Positions 46,671 to 60,884 of a stretch of 64,000 nucleotides of DNA are shown here, in pieces. Every line of letters starts with the position of its first letter. Within the stretch, counting starts at the first letter, position 1. The notes under the pieces were generated by a model. That model did not search any database. It was not told the origin of the DNA and was given only the letters and a program-made list of their open reading frames with translations. The DNA is from Eledone cirrhosa (lineage: Eukaryota), in the NCBI GenBank assembly GCA_964016885.1, contig OZ024749.1, positions 39,804,001 through 39,868,000 of the forward strand, read 5' to 3'. The position numbers were made by a program, and so were the translations under genes.

Positions 46671-47152
46671 GTTATGCAATGGATGAGATTGCCAGAATAC
46701 AGACGCCATGTGTAAAATCTCTGGTTTCGTAATGGATGCTCTACTCACTTCACTATGATAATGATGATGATGATGATGATGATGACGGCGACGGTGGTGG
46801 TGGTGGTCATGGTAACTGTGATGATGATGATGATGAGAGTAGTAATAATGAGAATGATGGTGGCGAAGAAGAGGATGATGTATTAGACGAAGCCCGTATG
46901 ATGTTAATGATTGATGAGTGTGATGGGGGAGGGGGTATGGAGGATAGTGATGAGGTGTGTGTGAGAGGAGGAAAAAGCAAACGACACTGACGATCAGGAA
47001 GATGATGATGATGATGGCGATCAAGATGATGATGATGATGATGATGAGTATGTTTACAGTTGTTCTATAGATAGATAATTCGGAAAAGGAGTGTTCTTTG
47101 AAGCAGCTGATTTCATTTTGGGGCCTTGTCTAACTTCTACATACGTACAGAC

Positions 47153-47183
<31 letters not shown>

Positions 47184-47203
47184 CGTCTGTGAGTATGTAG
47201 AAG

Positions 47204-47305
<102 letters not shown>

Positions 47306-47745
47306 ATATATACATATGCACCCACATACCCACATACATAAGTATATAAATATATTCTGTGAAAAGTACCAGACACACATAGATTCCTATATACATATGT
47401 GTGCGTGTGTGTATATGTGTGTGTGTGTGTAAGTGTGTAAATAAGATAAATGGACTTCCGTCGGTTTCGACTGAGCGTTCTAATTGTTTCCATATCTTTC
47501 CTAAGCTATGTAATATAGTATATTTCTTCATTGGCTGTTTAGCGCTGTCAGACTGAGCACTTCCTTCTCTCCACATACATAAAGCCACACGCACACAAGT
47601 CTAGTCATACACACACACACATATGTATGTGTATGTATACATGCTGTATACATGCATACATACATACATTCATACAAACATACATACCTGCATACATATA
47701 TACCTACATACATACATACGTACATACATACATACATACTTACTT

Positions 47746-47800
<55 letters not shown>

Positions 47801-47857
47801 TACACACACACATACGTACACACATACATACATACACACACACGTACATACATTCAT

Positions 47858-47897
<40 letters not shown>

Positions 47898-48958
47898 ACA
47901 TTCATACATACGTACATACATACATACGTAATATTTCCTCTTTGCGTTCACAAATTACTTCCAGACATGTGTGAAACGGGAAACTTCCAGAAAATTGCAA
48001 GCAAGGTCAGGTTACAATTTTTATCACTTTAGTTTGGTTTTTCATTCGTTATCACTTCATTATATATAGTTCTATGTTGTGAGATGGTTAGATAATTAGA
48101 TCAGGCTCTTTATTCAGAACATGGTTACCTGTGTACATTTAAGATGGAGATGAAAGTAAAATAATAAGTCAGAAAATTGGGCCTGGCGTTTTTGTTTGTG
48201 TTTCTACTCACACCTATATAATTCAGTTGTGAAAATAGATTTTAATCGATTCGACTCTTAACCCTTTTCTCGTCGCATTTCTAATGAAATACTATCGATT
48301 ACAATAAATTAGTGAGCGATCTTCAGGGATTTACTAAAATTATAAAAATGTTAATTTATAAAAATAACTTAACATATGGTCCTTATAATATAATTTAATA
48401 AAATAAAGAGAGACAAAACACAGATATATACATATATGCGTTCAAATTACATGGTTCTTATATGAATTATGTTGAGAGACTTTAATTTAATCAGGAACCC
48501 TTTAGAATGTTTTGTTTTGATTTTTTTTTTTGTAATAAAGCCACTGCTGTTTTTTTTTTGTTGTTGTTTTTTTGTACTAGAGCCACTGCTGGTTTTGGCT
48601 GAGTAGGTATCAAAAAGGTTAAACCGGGTCCATCAGACTGCTGAGGGCTTGAAATGCATTTGCATTGCTTAACCAGAGTAACAGACTCCTGGGTTGGATT
48701 TGCCGACCATCTAGAGTCACACGATCTAAGGAGAAATCGAGCTACTTGTGAGATGGTTCCACCACCACGCCCTCCGCAGTATATTTCCAATAAGCGTGGG
48801 TTAATTTGCAAGTCAGCTGATATCTATCTCTCTATCTCTCTCTATCTCTCTCTCTATATATATATATGCCCAGCCCATGCAAGCGTGGATCACCGGACTT
48901 ATGATGATGAAGATGATGATAAATATATATATATATATAAATACATTGATACATTATA

Positions 48959-49021
<63 letters not shown>

Positions 49022-49023
<2 letters not shown>

Positions 49024-49219
49024 GGAACGAGTAGGACCCCGCCGGCTGAGCTCAAGCCGTTTCGACGGCTAATTCTGGACTTAGTCCAGAATTAGCCGTC
49101 GAAACGGCTTGAGCTCAGCCGTCGGGGTCCTACTCGTTCCTATTACCCACTCTACTACCCTAAGTATTGAGTACTTTGGTGCGTTATTGTCCACCTGGTT
49201 CCTTACCACATTTCCTTCG

Positions 49220-49220
<1 letters not shown>
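49022..49220 (+). mobile_element. Family H1, copy C
   Basis: Near-perfect 59-bp-arm palindrome centred near 49081 plus tail; TA-flanked. Confidence 0.9.
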
Positions 49221-49304
<84 letters not shown>

Positions 49305-49745
49305 TGTACATACACACACATACACGTACATACATACGAACATACACGCCTATTTACACATATACAGCCACACATATACAGGTTCAGACAGAAATACAGG
49401 AAGACACACAGTAAACTAACAATCTTATCTTAAACTACGAAGCCAAGTTCTGCATCAAAAGGTGAACGACACTCCATCAGTGATAGCAAGCATGAAAGAC
49501 TTTATACATAAAAGTCAAGGCGACGTCATACTTCCGCCCTTTTTTGAAATTCGGCCTTGTTTGTTTGTCTAACTGTTTGTTTGTCTATCTGTCTGTCTCT
49601 ATGTTTGTCTATCTGTCTCTTTGTATATCTGTTTGTACATCTCTTTGTATGTTTGTTTAATGTATTTTATAGCGTTTAAGTAATTAACAGATTTTTTTTA
49701 ATAGCTTTAGTCTGCTGACATTCAAATCTCCACATTCATTCTTGG

Positions 49746-49808
<63 letters not shown>

Positions 49809-49902
49809 CATACATATGTATATATACATATACACATATATATGTATATGTATATATATTTATATATATGCATATATATGTATATATACATATACATATA
49901 TA

Positions 49903-49947
<45 letters not shown>

Positions 49948-50173
49948 ATATGTGTGTGTGTGTGTGTGAGTGTGTGTGTGTGTGTGTGTGTAGAATAATG
50001 GTGCCCATGTTTTTAGAAGACACACGTCTGTGGACCAGCCTATGAGGATGTGAAAGTGTAGGCGGGAAGTTGGTTTTAAGCCACACGTGATTATTTATTT
50101 AGAATGTCACAGGAATGTTTGCTACTCTAAGCTCGTGACTTTGTATATAAGCATATAAATATACATACATACA

Positions 50174-50261
<88 letters not shown>

Positions 50262-50310
50262 CATATAAGTATATGTATATTCATATATATTTATATAAGT
50301 ATATGTATAT

Positions 50311-50518
50311 ACGTGTGTCTGAATCCCGGATTCAATTGAGGGGTAACCATAGTAAGTAAGGTACTGAATACATAGCAGGGTATAAATATTTACTATAGAA
50401 ATAGCTTCTACAGGACTAGGACTGTTTCACTTGAATGAAATCATCAGGAAAGCTTACTTGGTGATTTCTTTCGAATGAAACAGTTCTAGTCCTGTAGAAG
50501 CCATTGCTATATTAAATA
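50311..50518 (-). mobile_element. Family H3, copy 2, with hammerhead (50403-50454, minus) and an inverted partial copy
   Basis: agctttc-CTGATGA-tttcattcaagt-GAAAC-ag-tcctagtc-ct-GTA-gaagct; inverted arm at 50461-50515. Confidence 0.75.
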
Positions 50519-50544
50519 TATATATAATATATATATGGTAAGGT

Positions 50545-50845
50545 TGTGGGATTTGAACTCGGTAGGTAAAGGGCCGTAACTCTACGCCGTAAAGCATGTT
50601 GTCCAACCCCCAAGCGATTCTGCCAATCCACCGCCTTAATAATAATGATAATAATTGTTTCTACTTTTGGCACAAGGCCAGCAAAAACGCCCAGTGCATT
50701 ACTTGTACTTTATTTTAATCTCAGCGGGATTTGAACTCAGACCGTAAAGGGCCGTAACTCTATGCTGCAAAAAAAAAAATTGTGTTTGACGCTTTGCCGA
50801 TACTGCCAATCCACCGCTCTTTTCGCCATTCCACACCTCCCTTCC

Positions 50846-50879
<34 letters not shown>

Positions 50880-51067
50880 TGTTTCTACTATTGGCACAAG
50901 GCCAGCAATTACCCAGTACATTACTGGTACTTGATTTTATCGACCCCGTAAGGGTGAAAGGCAAAGTTAACCTTGGCGGGATTTGAACTCAGAATGGCAA
51001 GGGCCGTAACTCTATGCGTTAAAGCATGGCGTCCGATCCTCTACCGATACTGCCAATCCACCGCCCT

Positions 51068-51121
<54 letters not shown>

Positions 51122-51300
51122 TGTTTCTACGTTAGGCACAAGGCCACCATTTACCCAGTGCATTACTGGTACTTTATTGCACTGGGTAATTGGTGGCCTT
51201 GTGCCTAACGTAATAATTGTTTCTACTTTTGGCACAAGGCCAGCAAATATCCCAGTGCATTACTGGTACTTTATTTTATCGACCCAATAAAGTTGAACGG
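50545..51300 (-). mobile_element. Cluster of SINE S1 copies and fragments in (TAA)n
   Basis: 50545-50636, 50652-50818, 50878-51066 and 51120-51300. Confidence 0.85.
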
Positions 51301-51390
51301 CAATAGTAATAATGATGATGAAGCTGATGATGACGATGATGACGATGATGATGATGATGATGTTGCTGTTGCTGTGGCTGATGATGATGA

Positions 51391-52224
51391 TAGTAAAGAT
51401 TAAATAACTGTTTCTACTTTAGGCACAAGGCCAGCAATTATCCCAGTGCATTACTGGTACTTTATTTTATCGACCCCGTAAGGATGAAAGGCAAAGTCAA
51501 CCTCGGCGGGATTTGAACTCAGATCGTAAAGGGACGTAACTATGCTGGAAAGCATGGCGTCCGACCCTCTACCGATACGGCCAATCCACCGCGTTAGTAA
51601 AGATTAAATAACTGTTTCTACTTTAGGCACAAGGCCAGCAAATTACCCAGTGCATTACTGGTACTTTATTTTATCGACCCCGTAAGGATGAAAGGCAAAG
51701 TCAACCTCGGCGGGATTTGAACTCAGATCGTAAAGGGACGTAACTATGCTGGAAAGCATGGCGTCCGACCCTCTACCGATACGGCCAATCCACCGCGTTA
51801 GTAAAGATTAAATAACTGTTTCTACTTTAGGCACAAGGCCAGCAAATTACCCAGTGCATTACTGGTACTTTATTTTATCGACCCCGTAAGGATGAAAGGC
51901 AAAGTCAACCTCGGCGGGATTTGAACTCAGATCGTAAAGGGACGTAACTATGCTGGAAAGCATGGCGTCCGACCCTCTACCGATACTGCCAATCCACCGC
52001 GTTAGTAAAGATTAAATAACTGTTTCTACTTTAGGCACAAGGCCAGCAATTATCCCAGTACATTACTGGTACTTTATTTTATCGACCCCGTAAGGATGAA
52101 AGGCAAAGTCAACCTCGGCGGGATTTGAACTCAGATCGTAAAGGGACGTAACTATGCTGGAAAGCATGGCGTCCGACCCTCTACCGATACTGCCAATCCA
52201 CCGCGTTAGTAAAGATTAAATAAC
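51391..52224 (-). mobile_element. Tandem array of four full-length SINE S1 copies, 204-bp period
   Basis: tagtaaagattaaataac at 51391, 51595, 51799, 52003 and 52207. Confidence 0.95.
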
Positions 52225-52521
52225 ACAGGTGAATAAACAGAAAATGGTATAGTAATTTATCAGATCTGACATGGTAAATTATAATGTCCTACTTAACACA
52301 CCTTAGTTAACTTAACTCCATTCCTTGAAGTCGTTAAGTCTTGAATATTTTCGATACTTATATTTCATTTCTATGTCTATATTCTCGTCTTACTAAATGA
52401 CTATAATTCATTCATTAACTCTTTCCCCCCCCCTCTCTCTCTCTCTTAATATGCATACACACACATACAAATAAGCTGACGCAAACACACAGGCACACAC
52501 ATATGTATGTGTGTATGTATG

Positions 52522-52582
<61 letters not shown>

Positions 52583-52638
52583 ATTATATATATATACATA
52601 TAATACACACACATATATATATAGTATATACACGCCTA

Positions 52639-52670
<32 letters not shown>

Positions 52671-52675
52671 TATAA

Positions 52676-52800
<125 letters not shown>

Positions 52801-52964
52801 TATATTCGCATGTTTATTATTTCTGTATGGATATACTCCATGTGCCACATAAGTCTGCCATATTATTCAATTCTAAATATTTCTTTAGATGAAACAACCA
52901 TCCTGTGCACACTCAGACGCATATAATCACACAAACAGATATATATATATATACACACACACAC

Positions 52965-53027
<63 letters not shown>

Positions 53028-53028
<1 letters not shown>

Positions 53029-53236
53029 CGAAGGAAATGTGGTAAGGAACCAGGTGTACCATAACGCACCAAAGTACTGAATACTTAGGGTAGTAGAGTG
53101 GGTAATAGGAACGAGTAGGACCCCGACGGCTGAGCTCAAGCCGTTTCGACGGCTAATTCTGGACTAATTCAGACTAATTCAGTCCAGAATTAGCCGTCGA
53201 AACGGCTTGAGCTCAGCCGTCGGGGTCCTACTCGTT

Positions 53237-53240
<4 letters not shown>
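53028..53240 (-). mobile_element. Family H1, copy D
   Basis: Same layout; the hairpin centre has a duplicated gactaattca. Confidence 0.9.
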
Positions 53241-53284
<44 letters not shown>

Positions 53285-53306
53285 TACACACACTCATGTA
53301 TATATA

Positions 53307-53510
53307 TATTAAAATAACAGTTTAAAGTTTAAGCAAAGAATCGCTGCTTTCACCCTTAACAGCATCTTCTGAAGGGGGAAAGCAGCGATTCTTTGCTTAA
53401 ACTTTAATCTGTTATTTTAATAAATATTTGCTCTACGGTTCTTATATATTTGATATATATTTATCCTTATCGAGCCCTCTTTGGATTTTAGTCTTCAAAT
53501 TTCTTATTAT

Positions 53511-53513
<3 letters not shown>
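53307..53513 (+). mobile_element. (TA)n-flanked hairpin-plus-tail element, family H4
   Basis: 45-bp arms at 53307-53351 / 53378-53422 (one mismatch) containing GAAA-gca..tgc-TTA, followed by a ~90-bp tail. Confidence 0.7.
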
Positions 53514-53545
<32 letters not shown>

Positions 53546-53752
53546 CGAATAAGTAAAAGCGAAGTAGTTTCAGATGTTCAAGTCCTTTAATAATAATGCT
53601 GTGATATATATTTCAATGACGACACTGGCCACACTGTTCTGTGTGCGAGTGTCGTGACATCATCAGACAGCTTGTTAGATAATAAGGTTATGTTTCCGAG
53701 GCAATCCAAGTTGAATCGACATGAGAACGGATATATATATATATATAGAAGG

Positions 53753-53950
53753 AACGATCGACTTTCGTAAAATCGGACCGTTGGTCTTTCCAATTGCTAA
53801 TACTATCTATCGGTCGCAACTCCAGGTAGAAGGAGCAACGTGAAATAAAGTGTCTTGCTCAAGGACATAACGCATCGCCTGGTCCAGGAATCGAACTCAC
53901 AACCTTACGATTGCGAATCCAATTCTCTAACCACTCCGCCACACGCCTTC
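53753..53950 (-). mobile_element. SINE S2 (Arg-tRNA/CORE-type)
   Basis: Near-identical to 19328-19542 with a short internal deletion. Confidence 0.85.
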
Positions 53951-53951
53951 A

Positions 53952-53991
<40 letters not shown>

Positions 53992-54097
53992 CATACATAT
54001 ATATATATAAACTAATATACTTTATGCTATTGCATCCTCTTGCTCGTTCGTTTCGTCTTTCATTGACTTATATATATATATACATATATATATATAT

Positions 54098-54202
<105 letters not shown>

Positions 54203-54269
54203 TGTTTGTTTGGAATATTAGTCTGAATTTCTTTCTGAGAGGAGGAATTATTACTATTATTATACGCTG

Positions 54270-54366
54270 ATTAACTTTGCCTTTTATCCTTCCAGGGTCG
54301 ATAGAATAAAGTACCAGTAATGCACTGGGTGATTGCTGGCCTTGTGCCAAAAGTAGAAACAATTAT
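54270..54366 (+). mobile_element. 5'-truncated SINE S1
   Basis: ttaactttgccttttatccttccagggtcgatagaataaagtaccag...gtagaaacaatt. Confidence 0.8.
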
Positions 54367-54474
54367 TATAGGCTGATTTATTTTGTAGCCAAGTGTCCTT
54401 GTCTGGGTTACTGTCAGAATGTTTCTGCTGTTGTACGACCTTCTGACGTCATGTCTCATGTATTTGGTAATGTT

Positions 54475-54481
54475 CTATCTA

Positions 54482-54530
<49 letters not shown>

Positions 54531-54548
54531 CTTTCTGTATGTCTCCCT

Positions 54549-54641
<93 letters not shown>

Positions 54642-54667
54642 TTATATCTTTCTGTATGTCTCCCTAA

Positions 54668-54724
<57 letters not shown>

Positions 54725-54764
54725 TTCTGTATGTCTCCCTAATCTCTCTCTCTCTCTCTATCTA

Positions 54765-54819
<55 letters not shown>

Positions 54820-54842
54820 TTATATCTTTCTGTATGTCTCCC

Positions 54843-54932
<90 letters not shown>

Positions 54933-54989
54933 TTATATTTATATCTTTCTGTATGTCTCCCTAATCTCTCTCTCTCTATCTATTTCTCT

Positions 54990-55030
<41 letters not shown>
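54475..55030. repeat. Higher-order repeat: [atctttctgtatgtctccct(a/g)atc-(TC)n-(TA)n] x5
   Basis: The anchor recurs five times with variable microsatellite lengths. Confidence 0.9.
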
Positions 55031-55034
<4 letters not shown>

Positions 55035-55066
55035 CGTGTTTGTGTGGGTGTGGGTGTGTGTGGGTA

Positions 55067-55176
<110 letters not shown>

Positions 55177-55243
55177 TGTGTGTTTGTGAGTGTGTGTGTG
55201 TGCATATGTGTTTGTACACAGCTACATCCATATATATATTACA

Positions 55244-55283
<40 letters not shown>

Positions 55284-56079
55284 TAAATATAAGTTGGTTG
55301 TTATAGCCGTGACGATAAGGATGTAAATGATGATGACGATGGAAAGGATGATGATGATGATGATGATGATGATGGTGGTGGTAATGATAATGAAATATTC
55401 GCCGATCTGGAGTCAATATATTCCAGGGATCAAGAGTCTTGAAGAATTTCTAATTGCTTTCCGGACATTGCAGCAGGCTCAACAGAAGGGGGAGGAGGAA
55501 CAATTTATGTAAAATAAATAGATAAAGAAAGATAGAAAGAAAGAAAGATAAAAATAAAGAAAGAAAGAAAAAAGAAAGAAAAAAAGAAAGAGAGAAAGAA
55601 GTATGGCTTCATTTGAAGTAGCAAAAAAAAGATCAACAATAAATACAACAACGAAAAATGCAGCCAGCAGATACAACAACAATAACAATAGCGACCACAA
55701 CAATGATAACAATTACAACAGCAACAACAAACACAGCAATCACAATTATAAGAGCGGAGAACAACAACAACAGCAATAATAACGACATAAATTACAACAA
55801 AACAATGATAATTACAGCAACAGTAACAACAACAGCAACAACTACAGTTACAGCAACAACAAAAACAACAACAAACACGACAACAAACATAATGATAATT
55901 ACAGTAACAACAACAACAACAACAACAACAGCAGCAGCAACAACAAGAAACACAACAACGCCAATAACAGAAACCGTAACAAGGATGACAGCGAGGAAAG
56001 GAACGCCAATAACAACAACAACAACAACAACAACAATATCAGCGGAAATAACAGCATCAATAATAACAGCAACAACACC

Positions 56080-56405
56080 AATAACATAAACAATAACATA
56101 AACAATAACAACAACAATAATAATAGCGAGAACAACAACAACAATAACAAAAACAATAACATAAACAATAACAACAACAATAATAATAGCGAGAACAACA
56201 ACAACAATAACAAAAACAATAACATAAACAATAACAGCAACAATAATAATAGCGAGAACAACAACAACAATAACAAAAACAATAACATAAACAACAACAG
56301 CAACAATAATAATAGCGGAACCAACAACAACAATAATAAAAACAATAACATAAACAATAACAGCAACAATAATAATAGCGAGAACAACAACAACAATAAC
56401 AACGA
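56080..56405. repeat. 66-bp tandem repeat, about 5 units
   Basis: aataacataaacaataaca..aataatagcgagaacaac repeats. Confidence 0.85.
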
Positions 56406-56530
56406 GAAATATAAGCAGCAATTCTAACAATAACAACAACTACAACAACAGAAGCAGGTGGTAGAGTCAATAACCTGGACCAGAATTAAGGCAGCCATAT
56501 TTAAAATGAAAAAATAGATTATATATTTTA

Positions 56531-56570
<40 letters not shown>

Positions 56571-56651
56571 TATATATCATATCATTTTATATTATATATA
56601 TATGTGTGTGTATGTTTGTGTGTTTGTATTATATTATATTATATTATAAAT

Positions 56652-56717
<66 letters not shown>

Positions 56718-56728
56718 GTGTGTGTATA

Positions 56729-56811
<83 letters not shown>

Positions 56812-56989
56812 TATATATATACACACACACAGAGTGATGAGGTCGAAAAGTATGAACAAACAAAAAACGTATTGTATGGATTTTCTAAAATCGGAGAAGT
56901 GTTTGTTTGTTTGCGTCAGAATCACATTACATAAAGTTTTACAGGAGAGTAAAAATATACAAGGATAAATAGCCACTAAGTCTTTAGTG

Positions 56990-57280
56990 CAGGCATCGGC
57001 AATCTTTTTCGAGTAGTGGGCCGCATGAGATATGGCTCATCCTCAGGCGAGCCGCAAGCGCTAATTTACATTCGTGCTCACATTAAAAAAAAGGGTTGTA
57101 ACTCAGGTTGTTTTGATTTGTTTCTTCAGAATTCGTATACGTTGTTTTCCTCGATCGTAAAAATGATAGAAAGATAAATTACAACTGAAAAGTTGGGCTT
57201 AAAAAATCAGAAAGATTTCACTTAGATGACTTAGGCGAGCCATTCAGAAAGCTTCGCGAGCCGCAGGCTGCTCATGACTG
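56990..57280. mobile_element. 291-bp hAT (Charlie-like) MITE with perfect 8-bp TSD
   Basis: ctttagtg at 56982-56989 and 57281-57288; degenerate TIRs caggcatcggcaatct / aggctgctcatgactg; internal gccgc subterminal motifs. Confidence 0.85.
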
Positions 57281-57610
57281 CTTTAGTGTAAGGAAAAGAC
57301 AAATCAGAGAGAGGGAGAGAGAAAGAATTGTAGAGTCTTCTATTGAGCTCTCAATTCCTAATGGAGTCTACTGTTGTACCACTGACATCTCATATAGTCT
57401 TATCCACGTACAAACATGATGGACGTCACGGTTCTCCAAGTCGAACTACGGACGATTTCTTTGTGAGTGTTTGTGCTTGTGTGTGAAAGAGAGAGGTAGA
57501 GAGAGAGTGGGGGGGATAGTGAAAGGGATAGAGAGAGAGAGAGAGAGTAAAAGTGAGAGAAGAATTGCCCCGTAGTACTAAAAGATGAATGTTAAGGAGC
57601 CGATCATATA

Positions 57611-57794
57611 CTGTATTTCCCGGCGTCGAAGACGCTACTTTTTTCCTAAAATAAGTCTCAAAAAATCTACCATGCGTCCTGGAGGCCGAAGGTTGTATAT
57701 TATTTTTTTCATTATTTTTTTTTTCCAAATTTGTTATTGTCAAAACTAGGGTGCGCCCTCGAGGACGAAGCGTCTTCGGCGCCGGGAAATACGG
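57611..57794. mobile_element. 184-bp Tc2/pogo-like MITE
   Basis: TA-ctgtatttcccggcgtcgaagacgct...agcgtcttcggcgccgggaaatacgg-TA (26-bp TIR). Confidence 0.85.
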
Positions 57795-57939
57795 TACATT
57801 TGACTTTCCATTGCTGGTTCTATCTGCTTGTCGCAACTCCTGGCAGAAGGAACGGCAACACGAAGCTGAAGAACATAATGTGCCATCAGGTCCTAGAGCC
57901 AGCCCATTGCCTTCTCGTTGAGTCCAACACTCTAAATAC

Positions 57940-58116
57940 CAGACCTGCCAACCTCTAAAAAACCAAACGGAGAGTACCGTTAAAAAGAGCCCCAAAACGG
58001 GGAGAAATGAGGCAAAATGGAGAGGTTTTACATAATGAAAGCTATACCTATTTTCACAAAAGAAGACATCTCTCACCCACCCCAAACTGGGTCAGAGATC
58101 TCCCTGTCGGACGGGG
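57940..58116. mobile_element. Second copy of the 43007-43195 repeat
   Basis: cagacctgccaacctctaaaaa...gagatctccctgtcggacgggg. Confidence 0.6.
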
Positions 58117-58707
58117 TTTTAAATACTTAAATACTAGGCCACCACAAGCCTTCACATTGGGTTTCTTTTATCAACTCTGAAGAGATGGAAACCAAACTTG
58201 ACCTCGGCTCTAATGAGCCAAAACGAATAGAGTAAGTTATGTTGCCTTACGTTCTAATTAGTTCTCGATTATAGTGAAAAAATTATAAACAAAGAATTAT
58301 GGAAACAAGAGTTAGCCATGACACTTCTCTCATATATTTTATATGTACTTGGGTCTTTGTGTGGATGAATATAAATATGTGTATCTGTGTGCTTCTATGT
58401 ATGTGTGAATATGTATGCCAACATGTATGCATATATATGTGGTTGTGCGTATGTATATATTGTTTCTCTCTCTCTCTCTCTCTCGCTCGCTGTGTGTTTG
58501 TGTGTGTGTGTGTGTGGTTTGCCAGAATGCGTTCGTGTCTATGTGTATATATGACTGAGTGCGTAAGTGTGCTTGTGACTGTGTACATGAAGATCTGGGT
58601 GTATGTGTATTTTTGTAAGTGTATGCGACTATGCATGTATGTGTATGTGTCTGTCTGAATGGCTGTATGTTTGTACGTATGCATGTGTGCATTTATGTAT
58701 GTATATG

Positions 58708-58961
<254 letters not shown>

Positions 58962-58973
58962 TATATGTATATA

Positions 58974-59070
<97 letters not shown>

Positions 59071-59445
59071 ATGTGTGTGTGTGTATATATGTATGTATTC
59101 CTGTATAAATTTGTGTGTATGTATATATGTATGTCTGCTGTGTATATATATGTGTGTATGTATAAATGTATGTCAAATATTTCAGAGTGAGATGATCGAA
59201 GACCAATCAATCTTTGACACACGGGTCTCATATCACGATGAAAGATTCTCTAAAGATAAGATGAATCTATAATTAAGAAACTACAAATCGTAGGAACACA
59301 CACACACACACAAACACACACATACATATATACATATAAACAAACATACATATACACATACATATATACACATACATGCATACATGCATACATACATATA
59401 TATATACACATACAAACATGCATACATACATATATATATATATAA

Positions 59446-59487
<42 letters not shown>

Positions 59488-59510
59488 ATATATATATATA
59501 TATATATATA

Positions 59511-59672
59511 ACGAAGGAAATGTGGTAAGGAACCAGATGGACCATAACGCACCAAAGTACTCAATACTTAGGGTAGTAGAGTGGGTAATAGGAACGAGTA
59601 GTACCCCGACGGCTGAGCTCAAGCCGTTTCGACGGCTAGTCCAGAATTAGCCGTCGAGGTCCTACTCGTTCC

Positions 59673-59674
<2 letters not shown>
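59511..59674 (-). mobile_element. Family H1, copy E (one arm internally deleted)
   Basis: The inverted arm lacks the aacggcttgagctcagccgtcg segment. Confidence 0.85.
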
Positions 59675-59761
<87 letters not shown>

Positions 59762-60062
59762 CTGTCCACCTTTTCTTTTTCTTCTGTGTGTATGAGTACG
59801 TGAGCGACAGTGTTTAAGTGTATGTTTGTGTGTAAAATTCTGTATAATTCGAAGCAAATTAAACGAATGAAGTGTAAAAATGACAGACAGCCCAATCAAT
59901 TTCCTTAGTTCTTCCCTTGTTGTTAGTTGTAGAGAAATAGTGAAACATACACAGATATATAGAGACACGGAGAAATATAGAGAGAGACAGAGAGACTCAG
60001 AGAGACTCAGAGGGAGATAGAGAGACATAAAGAGAGAGACAGAGGGAAATACAGAGGAATAC

Positions 60063-60106
<44 letters not shown>

Positions 60107-60208
60107 ACAAAGAGAGAGACAGGGAGAACTACTGAGAGAGACAGAGAAGTACAGAGAGACATAGAGAGATATGTAGAGAGAGATACATATAGAGAGAGAC
60201 ATAGAGAC

Positions 60209-60239
<31 letters not shown>

Positions 60240-60884
60240 CGTAGAGAGATATAGAGCAATACATAGATATACAGGGAGAGACAGAGAGACGTAGAGAGAC
60301 ACAGAATAATACAGGGAGAGACAGGGAGACGTAGAGCAATACATAGATATACAGAGAAACATAGAGACAGAGAGAGAGAGACACAGAATAATACAGAGAG
60401 ATACAGGGGGGGGGGGGTAGCATAGAGGAATACAGTGACACAGATATACAGAATACAGAGATAGAGATATGGAAATGTAGAGATATAGGAATGTTATATG
60501 TGATAATTATTGACACAATAACAACGTCAGCAGCAGCAGTGACAGCAACAGCAACAGCAACAGCAGCGACAGCAAGAACAGAGGCTAAAAGAGTCTGGTG
60601 AAAAACAACGCTATATATTAACGAAGCGATTTAACCCAATCTAAAAACATGGTGGTGGTCAGATAATTCTCCCCTCATTACTTAAACATTACAAAATATG
60701 CATCGTATTTAATGAAGCAGTTAACTTTGATTGCATAGATTTCACGGTAATGTTTAATGTATTGTTAGATAAACGATAAAACATACCAATGTGAGTGAAC
60801 CTCTATGTGGTCATTCTACCTGCTGGAAATTGTAACCTTCTTCTTCTTCTTCTTCTTCTTCTTCTTCTTGTGTCTTCCCTCTTT

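Noticed and set aside
47965-48004. Possible short plus-strand exon (MCETGNFQKIASK)
   Set aside because: Weak donor (gtcagg), too short and no supporting neighbours.
51391-52224. CRISPR-like regular array
   Set aside because: The 'spacers' are near-identical SINE copies, the context is eukaryotic and there are no cas genes.
57426-58085. 219-aa ORF
   Set aside because: Runs across two MITE-type repeats and a GA tract; a chance ORF.
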